A stretch of DNA of 62,998 nt, the filler included, from Octopus bimaculoides (taxonomy: Eukaryota): the NCBI RefSeq assembly GCF_001194135.2. It is 5 parts of 5 records of this genome, joined end to end, with 100 filler letters (N's around TTAATTAATTAA, not from the genome) between each part and the next. Parts side by side here need not be neighbours in the genome. Positions count along the whole stretch, not along the records: positions 39,774 to 58,961 come from NC_068992.1; positions 59,062 to 60,297 come from NC_068990.1; positions 60,398 to 62,998 come from NC_069006.1; 2 more parts are not named here. One strand, given 5' to 3'. Of this stretch, positions 49,140 through 61,884 are shown piece by piece. Both the position numbers and the translations under genes were made by a program. The notes below the pieces were generated by a model, which had not been told where the DNA came from, did no database searches, and was given only the letters and a program-made list of their open reading frames with translations. Every line of letters starts with the position of its first letter. The first letter of the stretch is position 1.

Positions 49140-49545
49140 ATCAACAACACATCATCTTCATCATCATCATCATCATTGTCGTTGTCATAATCATCATCAT
49201 TGTCGTCATCATCGTTATCATTGTCATCAGATTCATAATCCTCACCGTCACCACCATCATGATGTCATTATCATCATCATCATCATCATACTCGTTGCTG
49301 TTGTCATCGTCATCATTAACATTATCAGCATCACCACCCTGTTGTCATCGTTGTCATCATCTTCATCATCTTCAGCGCTTTGACCACCATCACCATCATA
49401 ATGATCATCATTAACATCATCAGTATAATTATCGACAATATCATCTCAAATGACATCATTCTCATGAAACAGCAATCACATTATCATCATCATCATCATC
49501 ATTATCACCATCATCATTATCACCATCATCATTAACTTCGTCAAC
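49140..49545 (+). repeat. Degenerate (CAT)n tract
   Basis: Read directly from the sequence. Confidence 0.9.
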
Positions 49546-49589
49546 ATGTTAAGCATAATAGTTCTTAAAATAAATAGTGTTAGTAACAG

Positions 49590-50560
49590 AAGTTAGGCTT
49601 CCATAGGCTGGCAGAAACATAGAAAGTGCTGGAGGGACAAAATACATATGGAGGACCTTGTTATTAAAACTCCATGATAAGGGTTTCAAATCAGGAGTGA
49701 TTGATTTACTTCGTATTGTTATACAGGTGAGAAAGTAAATAACAGGTTGTAGTGCGGTTGAGCTTCCATAGATAATATGACTGTAGAAATGCCATATATA
49801 CATATATAAAGAGAGAAAGGGTTACATGCTCCAAAATGCATTATAGATGTTGAATTATATTGAGGTTTGGTGATTGTGGGTGTCAATGCAATTAGTCTAC
49901 TTCAGTTTTGTGTTAAATAAATTTTGAATAACATTAGCCATATGAACTGAAACATTATTATCCTGGACGTGTGTGCTACCATCTTGAAACAATGTTTGTA
50001 ACAAGACAGATATTATCAGCCAAAATACTCTGATAATCCTTGGCATTAACTCTACCATGAAGAACAATTAAAGGGGCTTGATAATTCCATAATATGACTG
50101 CCCAAATCATTGCAAAACCACCTCCATACTTCAGGGTAGAGCCAAACAGTAAGGGTTGAAAGCTTCTTGGGTTGGTTCTAGGCTTATGCCCTAAGTTCGA
50201 AAAAGGAAGAATGAGGGATCATCAGAAGATATGACATTGTTCCATCGAGCCATTAACCAATTCTGATAATCTAGGCACCATTTTTATTTCCAACTTAGCA
50301 GTGTTGATAGGGAACAGGGAAGGTTTTGCAATGGCAGCTCTCCTATGATATCAAGCTTTATGGAACTCACATTGAACAGTTTTGGCTGACACAAGGTAGA
50401 CAAGGTGATGGTTTAGCACTACTATCGTTTTTGCTGCCATAGTTTGATGGTTTTTAGATGATTTTTTATATTCCACTATTCAGTGCTATCTTTCAGTGAA
50501 TTTTATCTTCAACCCATAATTATGCTTGCCTACCCTGATTATGGAATGTCAACAGGATTT
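49590..50560 (-). mobile_element. Decayed Tc1 (DD34E) transposase remnant
   Basis: Minus-strand motifs appear in order: WNNVISSDDPSF (W at 50244), LKYGGGFAMIWA, HGRVNAK, VQDNNVSVH and PQSPNLNIIQHL (49849-49880). The ends are approximate and no TIR was identified. Confidence 0.8.
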
Positions 50561-50716
50561 TAGTGACTGAAGCACCAACCAACGGTGCTTCAAATTTGTC
50601 CACTTTGGAAATCAGACACATTAATAATATTAATGTATTTAAATATAAATATCTGCAAAATAAGAAAGAATGTAGTCTCTATCATGAAGCATAAGAAATA
50701 CTTGAAGTATATGAAG

Positions 50717-50769
<53 letters not shown>

Positions 50770-51477
50770 GAGTAGAAGAGTTCTGAATTTGTCATACTGC
50801 CATAGATAAATAGAAAGTAATGTTTCCATTATGGAGTCGAACACATATAAACTGATATATGTATGCATACACACGCACACAAACATACACACACACATAC
50901 ATACATTTATGTAGATATATATACATACTTATTTACAACTATTCAATGTGTTCTGTATAGGAGTGGTCCAAGACAATATGACTGTGTCTGTAAAATGTAT
51001 TTGTACATGAGTAAATGCAAGTGTGCATTACAATATGCTTTTAAACTTGCATAACTGAATTTAAGTATGTGTGTGTGTATATATATATGCATGTATACTG
51101 ATGCACGTATGCATAGATGTACATATATTTACAGTCACACTCATATATGTAGACATACATGTATATATATGTATATATATATATATGTATATATTTATAT
51201 ATATNNNNNNNNNNAAAGCGGACGTTAAACGATGATGATGATATATATATGTATGTATGTATATCTATATATACATATATATGCATATATATATATACAT
51301 ATCTATATGCATATATATACATATATATACATATATATATAAGATAGATAGATACATACAAAGAGATTTATATATGCATATGTGTAGAGTTTGAATGCAT
51401 TCAAATATCTAAAGCTAAACTATGCATATAAATTAGTGTATAAAGTATATTTAGCATATATATGTATACATATATGC

Positions 51478-51531
<54 letters not shown>

Positions 51532-51564
51532 ATATATATANNNNNNNNNNTATATATATATATA

Positions 51565-51610
<46 letters not shown>

Positions 51611-51867
51611 CATACATACATAAACAGACACATGTATAAGTAAATTTAACACAATATTGTATATAATTTCATATTATAACATATTTCATACCATTGCTGC
51701 TTTACAAATGCATAAATTTATGCAGAAGTATCTCATTACATTCTATAATTCATAATGTGAAATATATACGCATACATGATTGATGCCTGTATGTACATAG
51801 GTATTAGTATGAAGGTATATACATATATACAAATATATATATACATATATATATATATATGCATATA

Positions 51868-51917
<50 letters not shown>

Positions 51918-52241
51918 TTATTATATATATGCATATATTTATATGTGTATATTCATAAGTAATAACAGAAAAATACATACACATCTATATTTATAATTTT
52001 GCATATACATACAACTATACATACATATATTCGTTATATATAAATTCCATTCTGTAACTCATGTATCAATTGACGTGTTCATTGCTTTATTTTTCATAAC
52101 CCACTGCACACTGGATGAATGCTGTCAGCACAGAAAACTACACAAGGTGTGTGACTTAAATATTGCTGGGCACGTTCTCTTGTTTCATTTTATATATATA
52201 TAGAATTAGAATATTTATATCTATACATGTGTGTGTCTGTA

Positions 52242-52288
<47 letters not shown>

Positions 52289-53022
52289 ATATGTATGTAT
52301 AAATGTGGGTATCTGTATATATGTGTACCGTCCAACTCATGCCAGCATGGAAAACGACTGTTAAATGATGATGATGATGATGATGATGATGACAAAGATG
52401 TATACATTTATATGTATGCACATGTATATACATGAATGCATGTATGGAGATGCTTATATATTTATATAATTTATTTACATATGAATATAGGTATATATAT
52501 AATGCATACATGATATATATGTACAGATATATGTATATGCATGGATGTGTATATTACATACGTATATATATATATATATATATATAGACAGACAAATAGA
52601 TAGATACATACATACATGTGTATATAAGTATATGTATGTATATCTATGAAAGTGCATATTAAATATATATTCCTATATATGCAGACGTGTTAGTATATGA
52701 GAATATGTAAATGTATTCAAAAGTGTATGCATATATGTGTGTGAGTGTGTGTATACCTGTATACATATATATATATATATATANNNNNNNNNNNNNNNNN
52801 NNNNNNNNNNNNNNNNNNNNNNNNNNNNNNNNNNNNNNNNNNNNNNNNNNNNNNNNNNNNNNNNNNNNNNNNNNNNNNNNNNNNNNNNNNNNNNNNNNNN
52901 NNNNNNNNNNNNNNNNNNNNNNNNNNNNNNNNNNNNNNNNNNNNNNNNNNNNNNNNNNNNNNNNNNNNNNNNNNNNNNNNNNNNNNTATATATATATATA
53001 TATATAAACAAGAGTTCTATGT

Positions 53023-53056
<34 letters not shown>

Positions 53057-53144
53057 ACATAGAACTCTTGTTTTTTTTTTGCAAATTCCTCCTCTGCATT
53101 CATTACTAAATTTTAACGATGTGTAATTAGCCCCCTATGTACAT

Positions 53145-53175
<31 letters not shown>

Positions 53176-53808
53176 CGCTGAAACATACATACAGGTAAAA
53201 AAACACACCTGTACACACTTTCATTTGCATTAGTATACATTTGAATATGTGTGTGCTTGCATGGATACATTCATATATATATATGTATATATATATGTAT
53301 ATATATATGTGTGTATATATATATAGGTGTATATGAATATGGATGGATGGCTGTATGCATGTGTGTATGCATATAAAACAGTATATTTTATAATTTTATG
53401 TGGGTATGGGGCAGGGTGCATATTTATGTGTATGCATGAGACAGTCTTGTATGTGTAGTGTTGTATCATTCTTTAAGAATCTATAGAATAAGTATGTACA
53501 TATTCATGCAAATAAGAGGCTTATCAATACAGCATTGAAAATACGAAGATATAAGATGCATAAGGGGATACTTAGAGATAAAATATACATTTTTTTTATG
53601 TATGTATCTTTACATACATATTTCAGTGTTCATAATATGTAGGTGTGTGTTTTTGCAGAAATATATAAATGATATGTATCTCTGCATATTCATACATATA
53701 TATATATATATATACTTATGCATATATATGTATATACATATGTATCAATTTATATATATGCATATGTATACTTGTATATATATATATTATTTTATATATA
53801 TACATGTA

Positions 53809-53863
<55 letters not shown>

Positions 53864-54120
53864 ATTATGGGTGGGTGTACCTATCTATATTTTTGTTTAC
53901 TTACCTACCTATTCATTCGTTCAATTATCTATTTAATATCTGTCTGTCTACCAGATTCCGTCATTTTGTCTGCCTATCTAACTATCTATCAATGCACTTG
54001 TGATTGTGTGTATGTGTGCATCTGTCTCCCTCATATATATATAAACACAAACACAAAAACACGCACACAGATACAAGCATTATATTCGCACCTACATGCA
54101 TATTGTATATAGATGATTGC

Positions 54121-54158
54121 ATTGTGAATGGATTTCATTGACAAAAACCCAAATTAGC

Positions 54159-54197
<39 letters not shown>

Positions 54198-54198
54198 G

Positions 54199-54244
<46 letters not shown>

Positions 54245-54466
54245 CATACATATATGTGTGTGTGTAAATTTGTGTTTGTGTTTCTCTCCCACCACATCTT
54301 GGCAACAGGTGTTGGTCTGTTTATGTCGCCATCAGCTGTTTAGCAAAATTGACCAATAGAATAAGTGCCAGGCTTTAAAACTGAAGTAGGTACCAGGTCA
54401 AGTAATTTGACTAAAATTCTTTGAAGTGATGCCCCAGCATGGCCACAGTAAAATTACTGAAACAAG
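54121..54466 (+). mobile_element. SINE family 1, old diverged copy
   Basis: TTGTGAATGGATTT...(TA)n...AATAGAATAAGTGCCAGGC...CCCCAGCATGGCCACAGT...CTGAAACAAG. Confidence 0.65.
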
Positions 54467-54755
54467 CATATATATATATATATACAAGTATATGTATGTA
54501 TGTAATGAAGAGTAAGTAAGAGAAACCACTTGGATTGCGCAGTACAGCAAAAATGAATAATGATAAATCAAATAACCTATAAGAAGAATTCTTGATTAAT
54601 TGACTTTATCTCTACTTCAAAACATGGTACACAAATTCCTTGGGGACCATTGGTACCTTCTCCATATGAGGAGATATTCTCAGGAATCAAGAACTCTCTA
54701 AAACTAAAATGACATTAAGCAGAAGACTGCATATTTGGCTGAAGAGAAGAGGATA

Positions 54756-54800
54756 GCTGGCCATACATGTTTCGGCTTCAATAAACATCATCAGCACAGC
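54756..54800 (-). ncRNA. Degenerate Penelope-type minimal hammerhead
   Basis: Minus strand reads GCTGTG-CTGATGA-T-GTTTATTGAAGCC-GAA-ACATGT-A-TGGCCAGC. The core is intact, helix III is palindromic (ACATGT) and the triplet is GUA, but stems I and II are imperfect. Confidence 0.45.
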
Positions 54801-55523
54801 GATTATCCTAATTTATCTTCAGCTTATAAAACACTTTCTATGACTTGCATACATACATACTTAAAAACATATATTCATCCATATATAGGTACATACATAC
54901 AACTTTTTTGTATAAATAATAAAATACCAAAGAAAGTATTTAAGCAGGTATAATCAGTTATAATCACATTTAAATTGATGGTAAAGATGTATACAAAGTT
55001 GTCATGTCCTCTTTTAAAATACCGTTACTATCATTTTTTTCCTCTCATAATATATTTTCATTATATGGTTATATTTCTTCATTTCACACGCAGCTTTTTA
55101 ATAGTTAGCAACTATTTTAAATACCTAGTAATTTGTTTTAAGCTTTCATATTTTTTAACACTTAAGTGTACTTCTAAGTGTGTCTATAAAGTTACAAATT
55201 CAATTACATATGTATGCATACACACATACATGTACATGCTTGCACAAAACCATACACAGACATGCAAAGAACACTTGCATATATACTTATATTATATCTA
55301 TATCTATATAAATATATATATGAATATATATAGATATATATATATGCATGTATATATATATATATATATANNNNNNNNNNNNNNNNNNNNNNNNNNNNNN
55401 NNNNNNNNNNNNNNNNNNNNNNNNNNNNNNNNNNNNNNNNNNNNNNNNNNNNNNNNNNNNNNNNNNNNNNAAATATATATATATACATAGGTATATATGT
55501 ATATATGTGTGTGACTATTTTGC

Positions 55524-55713
55524 ATCTTTTACTTGCATCAGTCAATCATTTGGCTACTGCCATGCTGGCATACCAACTTGAAGCATATTTATTTGAATTA
55601 ATCAACCCTAGTACTTATCTTTTGCCAGCTTGCTACCTCTTCTGTTGGTATCTTTTGCCAAACTGCTAAGTTAAGTGATGTAAACACATCAACACCAGTT
55701 GTCAAGCAGTGAT

Positions 55714-55772
<59 letters not shown>

Positions 55773-55801
55773 GATATATATATATACGACAAGTTTCTTT
55801 C
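55524..55801 (-). mobile_element. SINE family 1, 3' half, truncated by a gap
   Basis: Reverse complement of the 3' end and body. Confidence 0.7.
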
Positions 55802-56417
55802 NNNNNNNNNNNNNNNNNNNNNNNNNNNNNNNNNNNNNNNNNNNNNNNNNNNNNNNNNNNNNNNNNNNNNNNNNNNNNNNNNNNNNNNNNNNNNNNNNNN
55901 NNNNNNNNNNNNNNNNNNNNNNNNNNNNNNNNNNNNNNNNNNNNNNNNNNNNNNNNNNNNNNNNNNNNNNNNNNNNNNNNNNNNNNNNNNNNNNNNNNNN
56001 NNNNNNNNNNNNNNNNNNNNNNNNNNNNNNNNNNNNNNNNNNNNNNNNNNNNNNNNNNNNNNNNNNNNNNNNNNNNNNNNNNNNNNNNNNNNNNNNNNNN
56101 NNNNNNNNNNNNNNNNNNNNNNNNNNNNNNNNNNNNNNNNNNNNNNNNNNNNNNNNNNNNNNNNNNNNNNNNNNNNNNNNNNNNNNNNNNNNNNNNNNNN
56201 NNNNNNNNNNNNNNNNNNNNNNNNNNNNNNNNNNNNNNNNNNNNNNNNNNNNNNNNNNNNNNNNNNNNNNNNNNNNNNNNNNNNNNNNNNNNNNNNNNNN
56301 TATATATATATAAATATATATATATGTGCATGTGTGTGCTTAATATACATATATATGTGTGTGTATATATATATGTATATATATATACATATATATATAT
56401 GTATGTATATATATATA

Positions 56418-56448
<31 letters not shown>

Positions 56449-57534
56449 TCATACACACATATATATATAGTTATACACTATGTATGTATATATTCATATA
56501 TACACACACACACACACATATATATATACATACATACATACATACATACATGCATACATATATGTATATATACATATATGTTTGTGCATATATATATATA
56601 TTATACATTTATGTGGTCACAGACAACCAGAAATAAAGCTGATTGAAACAGTGTAGATATAATTACTGTAAATATACATTCTGAAGATGAAGTTAATAGC
56701 ATGGAAAATTATAAACTTAATAACAGTAACTTATCTCAGACATTTAAACATTAATCTTACTTTTAACAATTGAACATTTCAAACTATAAAAAAACACAAA
56801 AATTCACAAAAAAAAAAAAACACATAGTAAAAATTAAATCAAAATTATGTTTCGAAAATACTAAAGTATTCTATGATATCTTTTGTCTTGTTAGTTGAAT
56901 AAAGATTTTTATAATGATTCTGTAAGTCTAAGCAGACTAGGACCGACTGTTGTGGAATTAATTGAGTTAATATTCCGTTTGGAAAAGTGGTGGGATGGCA
57001 ATAATGGTAAAGTGCATTCTTATTGTAAATAAACACATTGCAGACAAGCCAGTTAGTAATAGGGACCAGGTGTCTCTCAGACATAGACATGTCCATTAAA
57101 AAGTCCACTGTGTAAAACGCACCCAGTACACTCTCTATAAAGTGGTTGGCATTAAGAAGGACATCCAGCCATAGAAACCACGCCAAAACAGACCATGGAA
57201 TTTGGGGTGGCCCCACCCTGAACCTGCCAGTTCCTGTCAAGCCATCCAACCCATGTCAAACGGATGTTAAATGATGATGATGATGATGATGGTGTGTGTG
57301 CGTGCGTGTGTGCGTGTGTGTGGTGATATAACGTGTAAGCAAGGGCTAAGGGTTTTAGCAAAAGAAATCAACCCCAGTACCAAATTACTTTTACTAAGCT
57401 TGGTACTTATTTTATCAATCATGTTTTGCCAAACTACTAAGTTACCGCAACATAAAGAAACTAAACAATTGTGAGAAACAACCACAGACACATATACATA
57501 CATACATACATACATACATATGTGTATGTGTGTG

Positions 57535-57572
<38 letters not shown>

Positions 57573-57708
57573 AAATGGAAACCAAAACAATAAATTGAAT
57601 AATTTAATCATTAAATGATAAATTCAATTAAATTATTTTATACAAATAAATGACACAGCTCATAAATTACAGCTGTTTCCACTTCATTAATAAAACCTAG
57701 CTAAATTG

Positions 57709-57744
<36 letters not shown>

Positions 57745-58244
57745 GGCTTCGTTCAGTTTCCGTCTGCCAAATCTATGCACAAGGCACAAGTCTATGCACA
57801 AGTCTAGTGTCACACAGTGAGACCAAACCCAGGACATGCGGTTGGGAAGCAGACTTCTTACCACACAGTCATACCTGTGCCTATAGATTTTTAGATGCCT
57901 ATATATTTCTTTCACACCAAACATAGAAGCAGCTAATTCTTAAACAGTAACATGAAAGTCATAACAATACGCACCTAACATTTATACATTATACTTCCAA
58001 ATATCACATCACATTATTAATAATTTTTTCCTTTATCAATTCACCTAATTATCACCTTTTAATATTAATTTATTCTTTCTTCCATAAAGTGTTAATATCA
58101 ATATTATCATAATAAATACTAATAAGTGTGCATTAGCATAGTTGCATACATTATGATAATATATTCACAACACTCTATATATGCTATATTGCCACATCTT
58201 TAAAATATTATAATGATTCATTATATTTGTTTGTTGGCTTTATT

Positions 58245-58276
<32 letters not shown>

Positions 58277-58524
58277 TTTTTTTTCCTTTTTTTCCCCCTA
58301 CTTACATAATCTATAGAGCCAGCAGTCACCTTTGAATGACTATGGCTTAGGCAGATGTATGACACTTACGCTAATTGTTGTAGGTACCAATATTGTAACA
58401 AGCTGACGCAGACGGCCTTTTGGTTTTCCTACTCCTTTGACCCATCCACACTCATCAAAGATGTCACAGCTGGAGAGAGAAAGAATTTCGCCAATGTGTG
58501 TGTCTGTGTATACACACACACACA

Positions 58525-58592
<68 letters not shown>

Positions 58593-58652
58593 AGTCGTCT
58601 ACGAGACTATAAGTCAGAGAAAATATGCACTCATATATCTATCAGTATATTA

Positions 58653-58917
58653 GAAAAGTATAGTATTAAATATCCATCATGTCCGGTCTTACCAACCAGT
58701 TTCACATAGGGAATATAGTGGAGTGTTAGGTAACAAACCGATTATATAACTTTACACTCATCAGAGTTAGCCGATATAGAGAGCAGTCACCATATTTCCT
58801 TCCATATCAGCTATGATGAGTGCAAAGTTATATAATTGGTGTGTTACTCCATTGTATTCTTTACATGAAACTGATTGATAAGACCAGCCGTAGTGGATAT
58901 TTAATACTATACTTTTC
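58653..58917. repeat. Head-to-head inverted duplication (about 120-bp arms, 26-bp spacer) of the hammerhead-containing unit
   Basis: 58653-58777 and 58804-58917 are reverse complements and share an identical 24-mer, TGGATATTTAATACTATACTTTTC. The plus-strand copy has a short deletion in the CTGATGA core. Confidence 0.85.
58684..58773 (-). ncRNA. Type I hammerhead ribozyme of a second family (long stem II), Penelope-like remnant
   Basis: Minus strand reads CGGCTAACT-CTGATGA-GTGTAAAG...(long stem II)...TATGT-GAAA-CTGGT-T-GGTAAGACCG. The core is intact and the stem I strands are partly complementary. Confidence 0.6.
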
Positions 58918-58921
58918 AGAT

Positions 58922-58961
<40 letters not shown>

Positions 58962-59061
58962 NNNNNNNNNNNNNNNNNNNNNNNNNNNNNNNNNNNNNNN
59001 NNNNNTTAATTAATTAANNNNNNNNNNNNNNNNNNNNNNNNNNNNNNNNNNNNNNNNNNNN

Positions 59062-59101
<40 letters not shown>

Positions 59102-59660
59102 GCCACTTAACCTCCTAAAATCTAGAAATACCTAATCATTATCCTAGCATAATAAGACTACAAATGAAGACGATCATGAAATATCAATATACCATCAAAA
59201 ACAACAAACTCTTAAAACAATTTCGACCTTATAGGAATGAAAGACAAACTCAGAATAACGAAGTCCCCAATACGATACATAGACAAACAAGCATATCAGA
59301 CAGTTATTCCCATCATCTGCTTCATGTACATATTAATATAAATTGATATGTACGTTTATATAAACACGCGTATGTATACTTCGCTGCCACTGGGATGCAT
59401 GCTGCGATTTCATTAACCCCTGTTTTGTCAACTGGGCGATGGCGTCTGATGTTGAAAAACTTAAAACCTCCTAAGATCCCCTGAGGCCTCAGACATCACT
59501 GATGATGCAGCTCAAAGCATCTATGAGATGAATCTTGGATCCAAATACGTATATATATTTAGGCACTTGTATATATGCATGTAGCATCGTATACATGTGT
59601 AGATATATACATACATGCATAAATACATACATACATACATACATACATACNNNNNNNNNN

Positions 59661-59701
<41 letters not shown>

Positions 59702-60474
59702 TGGTTGAATCGTCTCTGGTTTCGACGATTAGGGTTCAGTTGTTCGAGTGATTAACTTTCTTGATCATTGAATTAGCGTGTAGATGGCTGAATATTCCGT
59801 TGACACATGTACCCTTAATGTAAATCTCAAGTAGAATATGTGTGACACTCCATGTATGACAAGGTTGTACCTTTTGATTTACAGGTACAATCCATCCAAC
59901 AAACTGTAACATTTCCGTCTACCCAATTTTATTCGGTAGAAATTAAATCAAGCCAATACTATCGACTTCAAAAAGACTGAAGGCGGGATTTGAACTCAGA
60001 ACATACGGGGCCAGGACAAATACCTCAATGCAACTTGCTCCGTAATATAAATATTCTGTCAAATCACAGCTCTTAATGAGGACTTCTTATACAAGCACAA
60101 TGCTGAAGGGAACATTCGATTATATTGATCCTAGTACTTGACGAGTTCTTTATTTTATTAACCCCGAGGTCGACTTTGCCTTTCATCCTTTCGGGGTCGA
60201 TTAAATAAGTACTAGTTACGCACTTAGTCTCTTCCTCCAACTTTGAGGCCTTGTGCTTCCAGTAGAAAGGATTGTTATTATATATATATATATATATNNN
60301 NNNNNNNNNNNNNNNNNNNNNNNNNNNNNNNNNNNNNNNNNTTAATTAATTAANNNNNNNNNNNNNNNNNNNNNNNNNNNNNNNNNNNNNNNNNNNNAAT
60401 GTTGTGGCGGACAAAAAACAAGACACGAAAACAAACAGAAAAGGTTTTACGGCCAGACGAGAAAAATTATGTGA

Positions 60475-60524
<50 letters not shown>

Positions 60525-60868
60525 GTATGTATGTGTATAAATATACACAAATATATATGTGTATGTGTGTATAAATACACACACATATATATATATATAT
60601 CTTAATCTTTTACTTGTTTCAGTCATCTGATTGTGGCCATGCTGGGGCACCACCTTGAATGGTTTTAGTCAAACACATCAACCCTAGGGCTGGACACTAT
60701 TCTGTTGCAGGATTACTCATTACTCATTTGTCAACTTGTCTCCTTAATAATAATAATAATAATAATGGTTGCAAATTTTGGCACAAGGACAGCAATTTCG
60801 GGGGTGAGGTGAAGTCGATTAGCTCAACCCCAGTGTCCAACTGGTACCTATTTTATTCTTTTCTATTC

Positions 60869-61221
60869 CAGGAGAATATTCCTATAGATCGAAATTGATA
60901 CAAGACCTTACCTTGGGGCTTACATGTATCCCGACAGGCAGGAATAATGTGTCAACCTATATCTACACATTCAAATTCTGAATTCAAACGTCATGCACAG
61001 CATTTATGAGAAAAGACCAGTAAATTCAAGCCACGGCAAAACCATCGGATATGAGTGGGGAAAATTAAATAATTAAAAAGTAATGTAATAATACATTACA
61101 GAGAATATACCATAAACAATTAATAATTATTTATGAATATATCAATGGCCAAACATGTTATCATAAAATACACAGAGGTTAAGGTGTTGTATCAATTTCT
61201 ATCTATAGGAATATTCTCCTG
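60869..61221. mobile_element. Unclassified MITE-like element with 42-bp TIRs
   Basis: CAGGAGAATATTCCTATAGATCGAAATTGATACAAGACCTTA (60869-60910) matches the reverse complement of 61180-61221 at 40 of 42 positions. No TSD was seen. Confidence 0.7.
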
Positions 61222-61334
61222 AAGAGACAAATGGGACCCTTAGTAGGTTCCTAACATCGAAATTGCAATAGAGAAATAACCATTTATTTTTAAGTTGTGG
61301 ATTCTATGTCATGTCACCCACAGATAGCATTTCA

Positions 61335-61620
61335 TCAGCATCATTATCGTCGTTTAACATCCGCTTTCCATGCTAGTATGGGTTGGATGATTTGACTGAG
61401 GACTGGTGAAACCAGATGGCTACACCAGGCTCCAATCTGATTTGGCAGAGTTTCTACAGCTGGATGCCCTTCCTAATGCCAACCACTCAGAGAGTGTAGT
61501 GGGTGCTTTTACGTGCCACTGGCACAAAGGCCAGTCAGGTGGTACTGGCAACGGCCACGCTCGAAATGGTGTATTTTATGTGCCACCCGCACAAGAGCCA
61601 GTCCTGGGGCACTGGCAATG
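61335..61620 (-). mobile_element. Repeat family 2, sense to and downstream of the Schlafen-like gene
   Basis: Reverse complement of the 38630-39020 body and tail. Confidence 0.8.
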
Positions 61621-61624
61621 TATA

Positions 61625-61855
61625 TATTTGTGTGTTTGTGTCTGTGTTTGCCCCCAGCACTGCTTGACAACTGGTGTTGATGTGTTTACATCCCCATAAC
61701 CTAGTGGTTCGGCAAAAAAGACTAATAGAAGAATAAGTACAGGGCTTAGAAAGAATAAGTCCTGCGTTTGATTTGTTCAACTAAAATCCCTTAAGGTGGT
61801 GCTCTAGCATAGCCACCATCAAATAACTGAAACAAGTAAAAGAATAAAAGAATAA
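61625..61855 (+). mobile_element. SINE family 1, 3' half, antisense and immediately downstream of the Schlafen-like stop codon
   Basis: GTGTTTGCCCCCAGCACTGCTTGACAAC...GAATAAGTAC...GCATAGCCACC...CTGAAACAAGTAAAAG. Confidence 0.8.
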
Positions 61856-61884
61856 AATAAATACAACAACGACAACATGAACAG

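Larger units (their letters stand above)
50720..56600. repeat. Extended (TA)n/(TATG)n/(CA)n microsatellite-dominated region with gaps
   Basis: Read directly from the sequence; interspersed with SINE fragments. Confidence 0.85.

Noticed and set aside
53006-53073. Perfect 68-bp palindrome AAACAAGAGTTCTATGTGTT-(TA)n-AACACATAGAACTCTTGTTT
   Set aside because: It is centred on a self-complementary (TA)n, has zero mismatches and is adjacent to a gap. This is the typical pattern of an assembly graph turning back on itself.
59499-59530. CTGATGA-TGC...GCA
   Set aside because: No downstream GAAA and no stem I or III.
289-59698. Most ORFs in the supplied track ([16 protein letters not shown] and X-filled ORFs)
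   Set aside because: They are translations of dinucleotide microsatellites, SINE bodies or N gaps.
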